Assembly: GCA_951406725.2 (NCBI GenBank)
Contig: OX597832.1
Location: forward strand, 53,444,001 to 53,508,000
Reading direction: 5' to 3'
From: Octopus vulgaris
Lineage: Eukaryota
DNA length: 64,000 bases
The notes below the pieces were generated by a model. That model saw nothing but the letters and a program-made list of their open reading frames with translations, did not search any database and was not told the DNA's origin. A program made the position numbers and the translations under genes. Every line of letters begins with the position of its first letter. Position 1 is the first letter of the stretch. This document shows, one piece after another, positions 13,518 to 27,519 of the stretch.

Positions 13518-14512
13518 TTGTAAAAAATGAAGTTTGAAAATGCTGCTATATTAGACAAATTTTAATTTTTATATATACATTATTTATTTAACATGTTTCG
13601 GTTCTTGAAATGACGAACCTTATCAAAAAAAATTTATAGATAAAAAAGATAGTTCATGCTATCAAATATAAAAAATTCATATATAATATTCAATAGAGTC
13701 AGACATAAAAAATTCATATATAGTAAAGCGAGTCCATGCTATATGTTTAAAGAGTATGATGTAGTAGTTCATAGTGGTGATATGCATTCAATATAAAAAA
13801 ATTCATGTTCTTGAAAAAGCGAGAAATTCATTTTAGATTTTACCTTGTGTTCCAATGGGAGCAACTGTAATGACTTTTGGTTGGTGTCTGTTCGTATAGT
13901 TTTCGTGAATATTGTGAATTGTTTGGGTTTTATATCAGTTCAGCTTAGCTGTCTCACTTGCATTTTTCACTGACGTCATATAGTTCCCAACCAATCAAAA
14001 CTCAGTCTCAAAGAAAAAAAAAATTTTTTGTTAGGAAACCAACCAAGCAGAACGACAGTTTGACCACAGAAGAAATATATCATGCTTGTTTTTGACGGAT
14101 TGAAATTAGATCTGATCTATGACTGTATCCTGTTAGGTGGCTAGTCCAGCGGAACAAGACGTCATCAATGTTTTGACCAATCATCTCGTTAGGTGGCGAG
14201 TCCAGCAGAACGGGACGTCATCAATGTTTTGACCAATCATCCCGTTAGGTGGCTAGTCCAGCAGAACGAGACGTCATCAATGTTTTGACCAATCAGAATC
14301 GGGTCTGACCTATAGCTGTATTAGATCTGACCCATGACTGTATCCTGTTAGGTGGTTAGTCCAGCGGAACGAGACGTCATCAATGTTTTGACCAATCATC
14401 CCGTCATATATATATATATATCGTTTCGCTCCTTGGCCACAGTTTTTCACAGAAACCATGTAGTTTCTGTTAAGCTGACTAGTGCTATGCTTCTACATAT
14501 TTACGGAAACCA
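13300..14512 (-). repeat. Inverted copy of 23956-25150 (mariner left end, TA tract, PLE pseudo-LTR)
   Basis: Reverse-complement match with scattered substitutions and one ~37 bp indel. Confidence 0.9.
14132..14405. promoter_or_regulatory. 56-bp tandem units each carrying GACGTCA (CRE-like) and CCAAT (mirror ~24059-24335)
   Basis: Unit GTTAGGTGGCTAGTCCAGC.GAAC.AGACGTCATCAATGTTTTGACCAATCATC.C starts at 14132, 14188, 14244, 14347; regulatory role inferred. Confidence 0.5.
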
Positions 14513-17021
14513 TACACTTGTTATTTCAGTCATTTCAAAACTCAATTATGTATACCTTGCATTTAATCTTGACTTTTCTTTCCCAACAATATTGGTATAC
14601 AAAATTCGTACTCACAGTCCTTATGAAAAGGATAACAACCAAACTATGTTGTGCTTGTGTGTATATATATGTGTGTATGTATGTATGTATATATACACAT
14701 ATATATATATGTGTATATGTGTGTGTGTATGTGTATATGTATATATATATGTGTGTGTAATGTATATATAGATATATATATGTATATATATATGTATATG
14801 TATGTGTATGTATGTGTATATGTGTGTATGTTTATGTATGTATGTATATGTATGTATGTATGTGTATATGTGTGTGTATGTATGTGTATGTATGTGTATG
14901 TATGTATGTCTGTATATGTATATATATATGTATATGTATATATGTATATATATATATGTATATATATGTATATGTGTATATATATATATATATATGTGTG
15001 TACGCTCGTGTGTTTAAGTATATGTAAGTATGTAGAGTTATGTGTATGTACATGTATGTATGTATATATGCATATGTGCAGATAGGTATATACGTGTATG
15101 CTTATATGTATGTTTCCGTCTGTACAAAGGGTAACTGCATGTGTATATATATCTATTATTTATTATTCATTATTTATTACATGAGTATGCGTTTGTATGC
15201 ATGTATGTATTTATGTATATAAGGAGGCGCGTGAGTGTGTGTATGTGTATATATATATATATATGTGTGTGTGAGTGTCTGTGTGAGTGTGTGTGTGTGT
15301 CTTTATGTTTGTACCCCCACCACTACTTGACAACCGCTGTTGTGGTGTTTAAATCCTTCCAACTTAGTGGTTCAGCTGGAGAGACCAGTAGCTTAATTCG
15401 ACAAAATATTCTTCTGTTGTGGTCCTTAATGTCAGATTATTATAATGTCCACTCTGGTATAGTAGTATAGTTAGTAAGACGAGTAAGACCAAGACTATGA
15501 CCATATACTGCGTACTCTCTTTCTGTCCCTTTATTTATAATGACTAGCACATGCCACTCGTCACGTGGGAGGGGTGGACCATTATTGCTATTATCCCCAC
15601 AATATCTCGCCTTTAAAGTTTTTCTTTTTTTCCCTTAGGGTGTGTCATTATATTTCTTTTAACAGCAATACTTTTTATATCACCCTACATCCCTGTTTTA
15701 AGATTTTTTTTCCTCTCTTAGTTACACATTTAATTTTTTTTTCTGCTTGACATCCACTTCCAGGAACTCCATACATTTTCTTTTTCTTACGCTTGTGCAC
15801 CTGGGTTCAATCACCTGTAGTGGCGTTGGTACTTGAAAAGTATCGAATAACCATTCTATTAGTTTTCCCATTCTCTTGGGTTCACTCTTTTACTTGTTTC
15901 AGTCATTTGACTGCGGCCATGCTGGAGCATTGCCTTTAGTCGAGCGAATCGACCCCAGGACTTATTCTCTTAAAGCTGCAATTACCATATCTTTGAATGG
16001 CTCACAGTGTTTCAGTATCAGTCTGGACAAACCATCTGCATGCCCTATTTTTTTGACAGTAAATATTCCATTTTGTAGTCATAATTCAATAATGTAGTGC
16101 ACCATCACTATAGCCTATTTGTTGTGTGTGTGTGTGTGTGTTGGTATTCCCTTTTTAGAACCGTATATTGACAGTAGTGGGCGATGATCCGTTTGTAGAC
16201 AGTAACTTCTTCTATGAATAAAGCTGTGGAATTTTTTCACACCAAATATAATTGCTAATGCTTCCTTTTCTATTTGACGATAGTTCTTTGCAGCTCGTTA
16301 TAACGATTGTGTTACATGAGCTAAAGTTAGGTTTTTGTATATACATGTATTAATAGTATTAATTGTAGTTTTAAATTTCTTTTAATTAAAATTAGATAAA
16401 CTTTGATAAACTTAGATATGTTTCGACCAAACATTGGTCCAGGCCATGTCTAACTTAATAGCATAACTTAGTTATTGTCTTTTTCAATTGATATTCGCTA
16501 GTTATTCCCGTTGATAAATATAATTATAGTATTTATAGTATTTATTCGATACTATATTACTACGAATTGAGTATTTTAAATAAGATTTCCGAAAGTTCGT
16601 TTAAGTTTATTTGTTAGTATTTTTGAAATTTGCTATTTCATCTTTAAATATGAAAAATTAATTTATTAGGTCTTTATTATATGTGAATATATATTTATTT
16701 ATAGAGATTATTTTAGATCTTAATTATAATAGTTATATACATTTATATATTTTCATTGATAATTTATATATAATAGTCATTTAAAAAAAAAATATTTATG
16801 TAATTAGATATAGACTATTACCGATATTAGATTATTGGTGGGTTTCTTACATTATAAATTAAAATTAATATTTAACATTATAATCGATTTTGATATAATC
16901 ATAAATGTTAAGTTTTAAGTTTCTAGTTTGATAAAAGAGTTTATTATAAGTAAAATTATTATATTATTTATATCTTTAAAATATTGCTTAAATATTTCTG
17001 ATTATTTTAAAAATATTTCAA

Positions 17022-17118
17022 TTAACCTGAAGATTGACTGTAACCATAACTCAAATTATTAATTGAATTTAAATTATTGTTATTCGAACTGGTACAGCCA
17101 TGAAACGATCGTAGTGTT
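17022..17118 (+). ncRNA. Hammerhead-like motif with long stem II (mirror 10820-10916 on -)
   Basis: CTGAAGA-TTGACTGTAACCA...TGGTACAGCCAT-GAAA-CGATCG-TA-GT; palindromic stem III, weak stem I. Confidence 0.6.
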
Positions 17119-17505
17119 TTACTCTTTATCTTTTATTAAACTTTTAATACTTTTGATATTTATTTAAAAATATATATATATATAAATAAATAAATAAATT
17201 AATTAATTAATTAATAAAATAATATATTAATATAAAAATATACATACATACATATATATATATTTGTATATATATATAAGTTTAAAATTTATAAGTTTAA
17301 ATTATTTAAATAATATTTTAATTTTTAACTTTTATATTTTTAAATTAATTTTATGTATTGGCTTATGTTTTTCACTGTTTGATTTGCTTAATAGTGGTTT
17401 TATCTCTAATTTAATATAATATAATATATTTATACTATAAAATTGGATTTAATCCTAAATCTAATTTTTCCCTGTAAGTTTAGATTTATTCCCTAATATT
17501 ATTAT

Positions 17506-17552
<47 letters not shown>

Positions 17553-17731
17553 CACACATATATATATAAATATATATATACATATACATATATACATATA
17601 CATATATATATACATATACATATATATATATACATATACATATATACATATATATATATATATACATACATATACATATATATATATACACATATACATA
17701 TATATACATATATATACATATATATATACAC

Positions 17732-17777
<46 letters not shown>

Positions 17778-19712
17778 GGCTTCTTTTAGTTTCCATAAAC
17801 GAAATCCACTCAAAAGGTTTTGGTTGGCTTGAGACTATTGTAAAAGACATTTGCTCAAGTTGCCATGGATTCGAACTGGGCCCTGAACTATGTGGTTGGG
17901 AAGCAAGCTCTTTATCACACACCCACACTGCACCTATGTATATATTTACATCATTTATCCATTTATCGATTGTCTCATTTGTGAACATCTGTTCACATTT
18001 ATTTCAAATGGCTTCGTTGCTAAGCTGTAGAAGGTTTATACTGTATTTTAGATATCTCTCAAGTACTCAGCAATGATTTCCTTGATTTATATATAAATAT
18101 ATATGTAGAGGCGCAATGGCCTAGTTGTTAGGGCAGCGGACTCGCGGTAGCAGGATCGCGGTTTCAATTCCCAGACCAGGCGTTGTGAGTGTTTATTGAG
18201 CGAAAACACCTAAAAGCTCCACGAGTCTCCGGCAGGGGGTGGTGATCCCTACTGTACTCTTTCACCACACTTTCTCCCACTCTTTCTTTTGTTGGCCTGC
18301 TCGCTTAGCCAGCAGGGTGGCGTCATTCGAAGGCTAAAACCAGCGATGTGTAACAACATTTGATGGTCAGGTCGGTCACGTGATCACGTGATATAAATAT
18401 ATATATGCAGGGCCAGTTGAAGGTTCCAGCAACTCGGGCAGTCACCCAGGGCACCATGTGTTAGAGGGTGCCAAGCAGAGCATGACAAATACAAAGAAAT
18501 TTCCATGACTGTCAGCTTGTACATGCTGATGTTCAGCTCGCCTGGGGTGCCTAGAGCTGGCCCTGCATGTATGTATATCATCATTATCATCATCATCGTT
18601 TAGCATCCGCTTTCCATGCTGGCATGGGTTAGACGGTTCAACTGGGGTCTGGGAAGCCAGAAGGCTGCACCAGGCCCAGTCTGATCTGGCAATGTTTCTA
18701 CGGCTGGATGCCCTTCCTAACGCCAACCACTCCATGAGTGTAGTGGGTGCTTTTTACGTGCCAGACGAGGCTGATGGTTATGTATATACATGTGTATGTG
18801 TGTATATCACCATTATCATCATTTTAACATCCTCTTTTTTATGAATTAGTGTTTATTGAGATAATCTTTTCTACGGCCAGATGCAGTTCTTGTCATCAAC
18901 CCTCACCTGTTTCCAAGCATACTATTTTCAGATGGCCAGACATGTTCTTGCAGATTGCTGAAAATGAATGACACTGCTTAGATGTCAGCAACACTCATTT
19001 ACAACTAACTTGCTATGTTGAGAAAAGGAAATACACACACACACACACATGTTGGGTTGTCCGGAAAGTTCGTGCCGATTTTTAAAGGAAAGAAAAAGGT
19101 CAATAAATACTTGCCATTACATTTTTAATCAACCAAATATGAACCATTTTGTTGCACAATGCATCTCCATCTTTCCTTTAACTTGAAAATACCCGCTTCC
19201 CAGAACTGAGGTTTTCATGGCAAAGAATTCATCAAGCTATCTTTTTACATCAGCCAAGGAATTGAAATGTTTACCAATAAGACTTTTCTGCAGAGACCTG
19301 AATAAATGGAAATCTGAAGGAGCAATATCTGGTGAATATGGAGGGTGGGGTAACACATCCCAGCCGAGCTGCAGCAATTTTTGTCTGGTTCCCGAAGTAT
19401 CAAGTGCCATAAATGAATTTTCTTATCTTCCATTTTAAAGGGTTACAGAATAAACACAGGTTATAGGAACATAAAACTTCTTCCACGAAAAGACAGCTCT
19501 AAATGGAGGTGTAGTCAAATCCTCTTTTATGGACTCAATCATGTTCTAAAATAAGTCAAAAGGTAGGCTACTATAAATCGGCACGAACTTTCCGGACAAC
19601 CCAATAGTTTATATAGAAGAGATTATAATTCAAGTTGTTACATTGTGAAGTACATTTGTGTATTTCTCTCTCTCTCCCACAGAATACTGTCTGTCTGTCA
19701 CTCTGTCTGTTT

Positions 19713-19750
<38 letters not shown>

Positions 19751-20437
19751 TCAAACAACACAGTACGCCAAGCGGAACCGTGTCTTGTCTGGGTATTTCT
19801 TTGAACAAAAGACAACCCAACAGTGACCTCTTGCCTCTGCTACAAGTGACACTGACATATCCTGCACTGTTCAAGTTTTCAACACAAACCTGGGGGGGGG
19901 ACAAGCCAGAAAAGAGTCTCCTCTACCCACAGCTACCACTGCCCCCCACCCCGGAGTCAATAACCGGTGAAGGCATGTAGCTTGGTGGTTAGGGGTATTC
20001 GGATCATGATTATAAGATCCTAAGTTCAATTTCCAGGGGCACATCATATCCTTGAGCAAGACACTTTATTCCACTTTATACCACTCAGCTGCTAAAAATG
20101 AGTTGTAGCTGTTATGCGTGTATGTGAATATACGTGAATGTATGTAGATGTATGCGTGTATGAATATAACACGTACGTGTGTGTACGTGTGAGTTCGTGG
20201 GCGTGAGTGAGTGCCTGCGTTCTTCGTATAAGTAAGTAGACAGATAAACGGAATCTTTAGATCGTCCCTTGAGACCGATTGACCGGTCAAGATAAAAATA
20301 AAAATAAAGATATAAACAAAAAGCAGTAATAATAAAATTAAAATAAGAGAATAAAAATGTGTGTGTATGTGTGTGCATGTATATGCATTTGTATATATTT
20401 ATGCGAGTGGGTATACATATATGTATGTATATGTATG

Positions 20438-23189
20438 TGAAACGAACTTAGTGTGAAGTGTGTCCTCGTGCACTTTTGGGGTGCACAAAGCAATCACTCA
20501 CTAGCCGTTGCTTTAATAATCCAGAATCTCTGCCCGTCAGAAACAACAAGACGCAGACGTAAAATATACATATAACTACTTTATTCTCTTTCTTGGTAAA
20601 CAATAACAATAAGTGTGTTATCTGATGTCCTTGATTCTGGGCGCGCAAGGCTGAAAGTTAATAGATTGTAATATTTACAATATTCAGCCCAAAAACAGAA
20701 ACGGATTCAAGATGGCGTCGAACAATGGAGACGATGTTGGTCTGCAACAATTTTGGTTAAAAGTCTTCGGCCAAAGGACTGCTAGAATCAGTTCGAACGG
20801 AGAGAAAATATGCCTGACCGCCGCCTTCAATCGCTGGGTCCCAAGTCCCCGATGACTGCTGCTAGTGGTCAAACGTTCTACGACCCCCTTGCCTCGCTAA
20901 CTACCACAATAGGCAAGCGGGTCGTGCTTCCGGTGGTTCGCGCATGCGCGAGAGGGCCCTTCCTTTCTCTGCTTTGGTAAAGGCACCAACACGCGCGAAA
21001 TACAAATGGACGGCGCGCGCGCGCGCACCGTTATAATATCACTACAAGGCTCCCCTCCAGTGCGTACGCACGAAAGGAAACTTATTGTAGTGACTGCAAA
21101 ACTCAAGGTGGACACCAGATAACCAAATAGCACACAATAATATAATGGCAAAAATTTATAACATACACAAGAAATTTACTAAAGGAAAAAGAGAAAAAAT
21201 ACTCAATGAGCAAAAATCAAGAGTGCATGCATGAAAGTGTATACGTCACAAAGTATAGAGCCTTCCGCTGTAGGAAGCGGAAGAAAAGGCAGAACTCACA
21301 GTTAATGAACCTAGGCGAAATTAAATCCAACTTCTCTAAAGGTGGTTGATCCTGCGAAATAGCAGTTAAATCAATTGCTGCAGGAGAGGAAATGGAATTG
21401 ACAGAAGCTCGCTAGTAACACAAAAGGCAAAAGTGCAAACATGCTGGTGTGATGCGCGACACAGATAATTTTCTGTTAATTACGTGACCAACAGTGGTCT
21501 AACAGGGAAAAATAATTACGCCCATACATAGGCGCAGCGCATGTGAACATCCGACATTCTATGAGTCGGGAAAAGAATTAGGCTAACGCACGTGTTGCAA
21601 AAACAAGGCAAGTACACGTGCGAAGCAAAAACGCATGAAATGCAATGGTGCTTGCCAGACCGAAAAACAGCAAATGAATATGCCAGTGGTTAAGCGATTA
21701 TATGCTTCGTTCGTATAGGAACAAAAATATGACATGCTGGCGCGTCATAGTGGACAAACAACCCTCTCTATGTATACGTGACCGACCTAGGGTCTATAGA
21801 AATGAGGGGTGTCCACAAAAGGCAAATTTAGCATGGAACAAACAAGCGAGAAAAGCATGTGTGACGTATGTATGTGAGAGAGAGCATTTATGTGTGTGTA
21901 CGTGTGTGCGACAGAAATACATACAAGGTGAATGCGAGCAAAATATAAAAACAGCGCATAGGAAAAATGTCTCTCGGGCTATTCCAGACAAGAGTTAATT
22001 TACCAGTCTGTAATAGCCTGATGTACAATAGCAGTTCGTTCTGTAACAGAATGTTGAGATCACAAATGCAGATGCCGATTGAACACATATCGTGTAGCGG
22101 TTGTGGCTTCAATGCTGTGACAGGTTAACTGGAACAGAAGAAATCTCGTAGATAGTGCTGTGAATCCTTGGTGTGCATATGCACAAACGGCAAGTGGACC
22201 AAACTTCCGCGAGTTGCTATGTACATCTTGGTGGAGGTCGACGTTGTTGAAAGGCGACGTGGTGGTGGCGACTGTAGTGGACTTGGGACAACATCGTTCT
22301 TAGTGATGATGGCGACGAAGATAGCGACGACATGAAGTAGAAAGACGACGATGACGATGACGAAGGTGGAGAAAAGGCATCGAATATATGATGGCGTCCG
22401 TCATCATGGCTGTAGAAGAAGAAAGAGGCTCCTTCTACAACTGTTTGTAGTGGCCGGAAACAAATCGTCGAAAGATGATGCGTAGAGTTAAATCGTGTTC
22501 CGACTTCGCAGAAAAACTGGATTTTTTTGTTTGTTGATAAGTGATCTCTGGTTTTAGACCAGAATCACGTCGGGGTCACCAGTGAAACGAACTTAGTGTG
22601 AAGTGTGTCCTCGTGCACTTTTGGGGTGCACAAAGCAATCACTCACTAGCCGTTGCTTTAATAATCCAGAATCTCTGCCCGTCAGAAACAACAAGACGCA
22701 GACGTAAAATATACATATAACTACTTTATTCTCTTTCTTGGTAAACAATAACAATAAGTGTGTTATCTGATGTCCTTGATTCTGGGCGCGCAAGGCTGAA
22801 AGTTAATAGATTGTAATATTTACAATATTCAGCCCAAAAACAGAAACGGATTCAAGATGGCGTCGAACAATGGAGACGATGTTGGTCTGCAACAATTTTG
22901 GTTAAAAGTCTTCGGCCAAAGGACTGCTAGAATCAGTTCGAACGGAGAGAAAATATGCCTGACCGCCGCCTTCAATCGCTGGGTCCCAAGTCCCCGATGA
23001 CTGCTGCTAGTGGTCAAACGTTCTACGACCCCCTTGCCTCGCTAACTACCACAATAGGCAAGCGGGTCGTGCTTCCGGTGGTTCGCGCATGCCCGAGAGG
23101 GCCCTTCCTTTCTCTGCCTTGGTAAAGGCACCAACACGCGCGAAATACAAATGGACGGCGCGCGCGCGCACCGTTATAATATCACTACA
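20438..23189 (-). mobile_element. Non-autonomous LTR retrotransposon, 2.75 kb
   Basis: LTRs 22583-23189 and 20438-21046 (TGTAGTG...GTTTCA on -); PBS TGGTGACCCCGACGTGAT at 22564-22581; purine tract GGAGGGGAG before 3' LTR; TATG on both flanks. Confidence 0.92.
22564..22581 (-). promoter_or_regulatory. Primer-binding site complementary to tRNA-Trp 3' end
   Basis: TGGTGACCCCGACGTGAT, 1 nt after the 5' LTR. Confidence 0.9.
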
Positions 23190-23613
23190 TATGTATATGT
23201 GTATCTGTGTGTACGTACATGGGTATGTGTATGTATGTATGTATATGTATGTATATATATATGTATATGTATGTGTATGTATGTATATAATGTATGTATA
23301 TGTGGGTATGTATGTATATGTATAGATATATGTGAATATGCGGGTGTATATATGTGTATATATATATATGTAGATGTACAAGTGAGAGTCTCCCTACTTA
23401 CCTAAAACCCTATTTTTCTATTTATATTTTCTTATCTTTTTATTTTATTTTTTTATTCTTTTATTTATTCTATTATCTACTTTACCAACGATTCCTTTGA
23501 CCACTCCCCTTATAATGACAGTTTTGCGCCATGCCTACCCCCAAAAAAGTCCCCCACCACCACCCATTTAAACCTGCCTAAATGTATAAATGCCAAAACA
23601 ACTCTTGTCTACT

Positions 23614-23664
23614 AGCTTCCTGATGATTTCTTTTGAATGAAACAGTTCTAGTCCTGTAGAAGCT
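23614..23664 (+). ncRNA. Type I hammerhead motif
   Basis: AGCTTC-CTGATGA-TTTC(TTTT)GAAT-GAAA-CAG(TTCTAGTC)CTG-TA-GAAGCT; 6-bp stem I, U-U at base of stem II. Confidence 0.75.
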
Positions 23665-23779
23665 CCTTCTATAAAATAAATAAAAAAAAATATATATATA
23701 TATATATAGATAGATAGATAGACAGATAGATAGATATATAGATAGATATAGATATAGATATATACATACATGCTATAGC

Positions 23780-23940
23780 TGTTACCCTCCGGGGATGGTG
23801 CGGTTAGGTCGTAGTAGAAAGCGTTCAACTTCATATTCCCAATCGCGTCCATTACTTTTTCCAGCAGCATGTGAATGTACAGTTCGTTGGATGGCGTGGA
23901 GATGTTTTTGGTGGAATATCCGAGGTCAAATCGCTCCATA
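23780..23940 (-). pseudogene. PLE ORF N-terminal fragment (Naiad-like)
   Basis: MERFDLGYSTKNISTPSNELYIHMLLEKV...MKLNAFYY resembles the YS.KNIP.PS...L.EK...MRWKA.F start of invertebrate PLE ORFs. Confidence 0.65.
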
Positions 23941-24796
23941 TTTATGAGAGACCCGTGGTTTCCGTAAATATGTAGAAGCATAGCACTAGTCAGCTTAACA
24001 GAAACTACATGGTTTCTGTGAAAAACTGTGGCCAAGGAGCGAAACGATATATATATATGACGGGATGATTGGTCAAAACATTGATGACGTCTCGTTCCGC
24101 TGGACTAACCACCTAACAGGATACAGTCATGGGTCAGATCTAATACAGCTATAGGTCAGACCCGATTCTGATTGGTCAAAACATTGATGACGTCTCATTC
24201 TGCTGGACTAGCCACCTAACGGGATGATTGGTCAAAACATTGATGACGTCCCGTTCTGCTGGACTAGCCACCTAACGAGATGATTGGTCAAAACATTGAT
24301 GACGTCTTGTTCCGCTGGACTAGCCACCTAACAGGATACAGTCATAGATCAGATCTAATTTCAATCCGTCAAAAACAAGCACGACATATTTCTTCTGTGG
24401 TCAAACTGTCGTTCTGCTTGGTTGGTTTCCTAACAAAAAATTTTTTTTTTCTTTGAGACTGAGTTTTGATTGGTTGGGAACTATATGACGTCAGTGAAAA
24501 ATGCAAGTGAGACAGCTAAGCTGAACTGATATAAAACCCAAACAATTCACAAGATTCACGAAAACTATACGAACAGACACCAACCAAAAGTCATTACAGT
24601 TGCTCCCATTGGAACACAAGATAAAATCTAAAATGAATTTCTCGCTTTTTCAAGAACATGAATTTTTTTATATTGAATGCATATCATCACTATGAACTAC
24701 TACATCATACTCTTTAAACATATAGCATGGACTCGCTTTACTATATATGAATTTTTTATATTTGATAGCATGAACTATCTTTTTTATATATAATTC

Positions 24797-24839
24797 TTTT
24801 TGATAAGGTTCGTCATTTCAAGAACCGAAACATGTTAAA
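24797..24839 (+). ncRNA. Minimal hammerhead motif, U3-A8 variant (mirror 13587-13629 on -)
   Basis: TTT-TTGATAA-GGTTC(GTCATTTCAA)GAACC-GAAA-CATG-TT-AAA. Confidence 0.65.
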
Positions 24840-24904
24840 TAAATAATGTATATATAAAAATTAAAATTTGTCTAATATAGCAGCATTTTCAAACTTCATT
24901 TTTT

Positions 24905-26288
<1,384 letters not shown>

Positions 26289-26431
26289 TTATATTGATAA
26301 AAATGGTAAGACAACAAAAGAAAGAAAGAGACCTCGATATTATGTAAAATTTACATTTACAGATATATATATATATATATGACGATTTTTTTCCCTCTGT
26401 CTTCCCTTCTCGGGATCTTTCCTTCTCCTAT

Positions 26432-26466
26432 GTTTCCGACGAAGAGCTCCGCTCGAAACGTTAAAC
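26432..26466 (+). ncRNA. Minimal hammerhead-like motif (U4C) in PLE pseudo-LTR fragment ~26380-26575
   Basis: GTTT-CCGACGA-A-GAGC(TCC)GCTC-GAAA-CG-TT-AAAC; related to 36018-36052. Confidence 0.6.
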
Positions 26467-26988
26467 CCTCCTTCTTCCCTTCTTTCCTGAGCGTCCAATA
26501 ATACTTTATTTGTTCCACGTCCTCGCGTTGTTGTTTTTTTGTTTTTTTTTGTGTTTTCTTGTTTGGATTAACTTTATATATATCTCTTATTATAAAAGGC
26601 AGATTTTATCTGCCTCCCTTTGTCAGTTATAGAAATCTACAATATAGGATTTCTTCAATTACAATTTACTTAGCATTTTTAAGAGTAGAATGCATCGGGT
26701 TTTGCCAGGTCCACTTTTTAAAATTTAAACTCCAATTAAGCAAAATTTACAGAAAACTCACATTCTGGTGTGTATGTCAAATGCTTTTCTTAATGTGTTT
26801 TACACCACACGCACACGCACACACACAGTGTGCAAGGAATAAAATGAAAGTAATTCACCTTTTGTAGTGAGTGACTCTTTCAGTCTGCCACTTCCTCTTT
26901 ACACACATAGACACGCAAATATATAAATAAAATTGTAAGCTAACGTGCGTGTGTGTGAGTGTGTGTGTGCGTGTGTGTGTGTGTGAGG

Positions 26989-27033
<45 letters not shown>

Positions 27034-27079
27034 AGTGTGTGACAGGAAAGTATTTTAGGACGAATATAAGACCTATATC

Positions 27080-27512
27080 GGCGATGTTTCGCTTGTCGTA
27101 GCACAGGTTTCCGTCGATTTCCGTAAAAAACTTATTTTTTTACATAAGTAATGAGAGCGAAAGAGACTAAGAGAAAGCGATTGTATGACGAGGGAAGTTC
27201 TTTTGAAGTTACCGTGCATGGGACGCATTGATGTACATGTGTGTGTGTGTTTGATGGAGTGTGGGAGACAGACAGTATGTTGTGTAAGTGAAGTGCTTCT
27301 GTTAGTGTGTGTGAAGAGACAGAGTAATGTGTGAAAGAGAGAGATAACTGAAATTTTTTACTCGGTTTATGTGTATATGTATGTATGCATGTATGTGTGT
27401 GTGTGTGTGTGTATGTGTGTGTGTATGTATGTATGTATGTATGGCCGATTCAGTGTTTACATTTTTTACGGAAATCGACGGAAACGTGTGCTACGACAAG
27501 CGAAACATCGCC
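27080..27512. mobile_element. MITE with ~50 bp TIRs and 8-bp TSD (Merlin-like)
   Basis: TIR GGCGATGTTTCGCTTGTCGTAGCAC..GTTTCCGTCGATTTCCGTAAAAAA; TSD CCTATATC at 27072-27079 and 27513-27520; absent from Helitron copy 2. Confidence 0.85.
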
Positions 27513-27519
27513 CCTATAT

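Larger units (their letters stand above)
7755..20115. repeat. Large palindrome: arms 7755-13438 and 14516-20115, spacer ~1.08 kb
   Basis: Colinear reverse-complement match throughout; ORF track is mirrored (e.g. 8431-8652 - / 19217-19438 +; 9151-9444 + / 18442-18735 -). Confidence 0.95.

Noticed and set aside
14132-14405. CRISPR-like appearance of 56-bp repeats (also RTE 3'UTR and 166-bp units)
   Set aside because: Head-to-tail units without unique spacers; eukaryotic context, no cas genes
9898-17988. Long YI/MYVC/HT-repeat ORFs (also 44317-46400 and elsewhere)
   Set aside because: Stop-free translations of TA, TACA and CA microsatellites
18105-18180. tRNA genes at SINE heads
   Set aside because: A/B boxes only; no complete cloverleaf and always attached to SINE bodies
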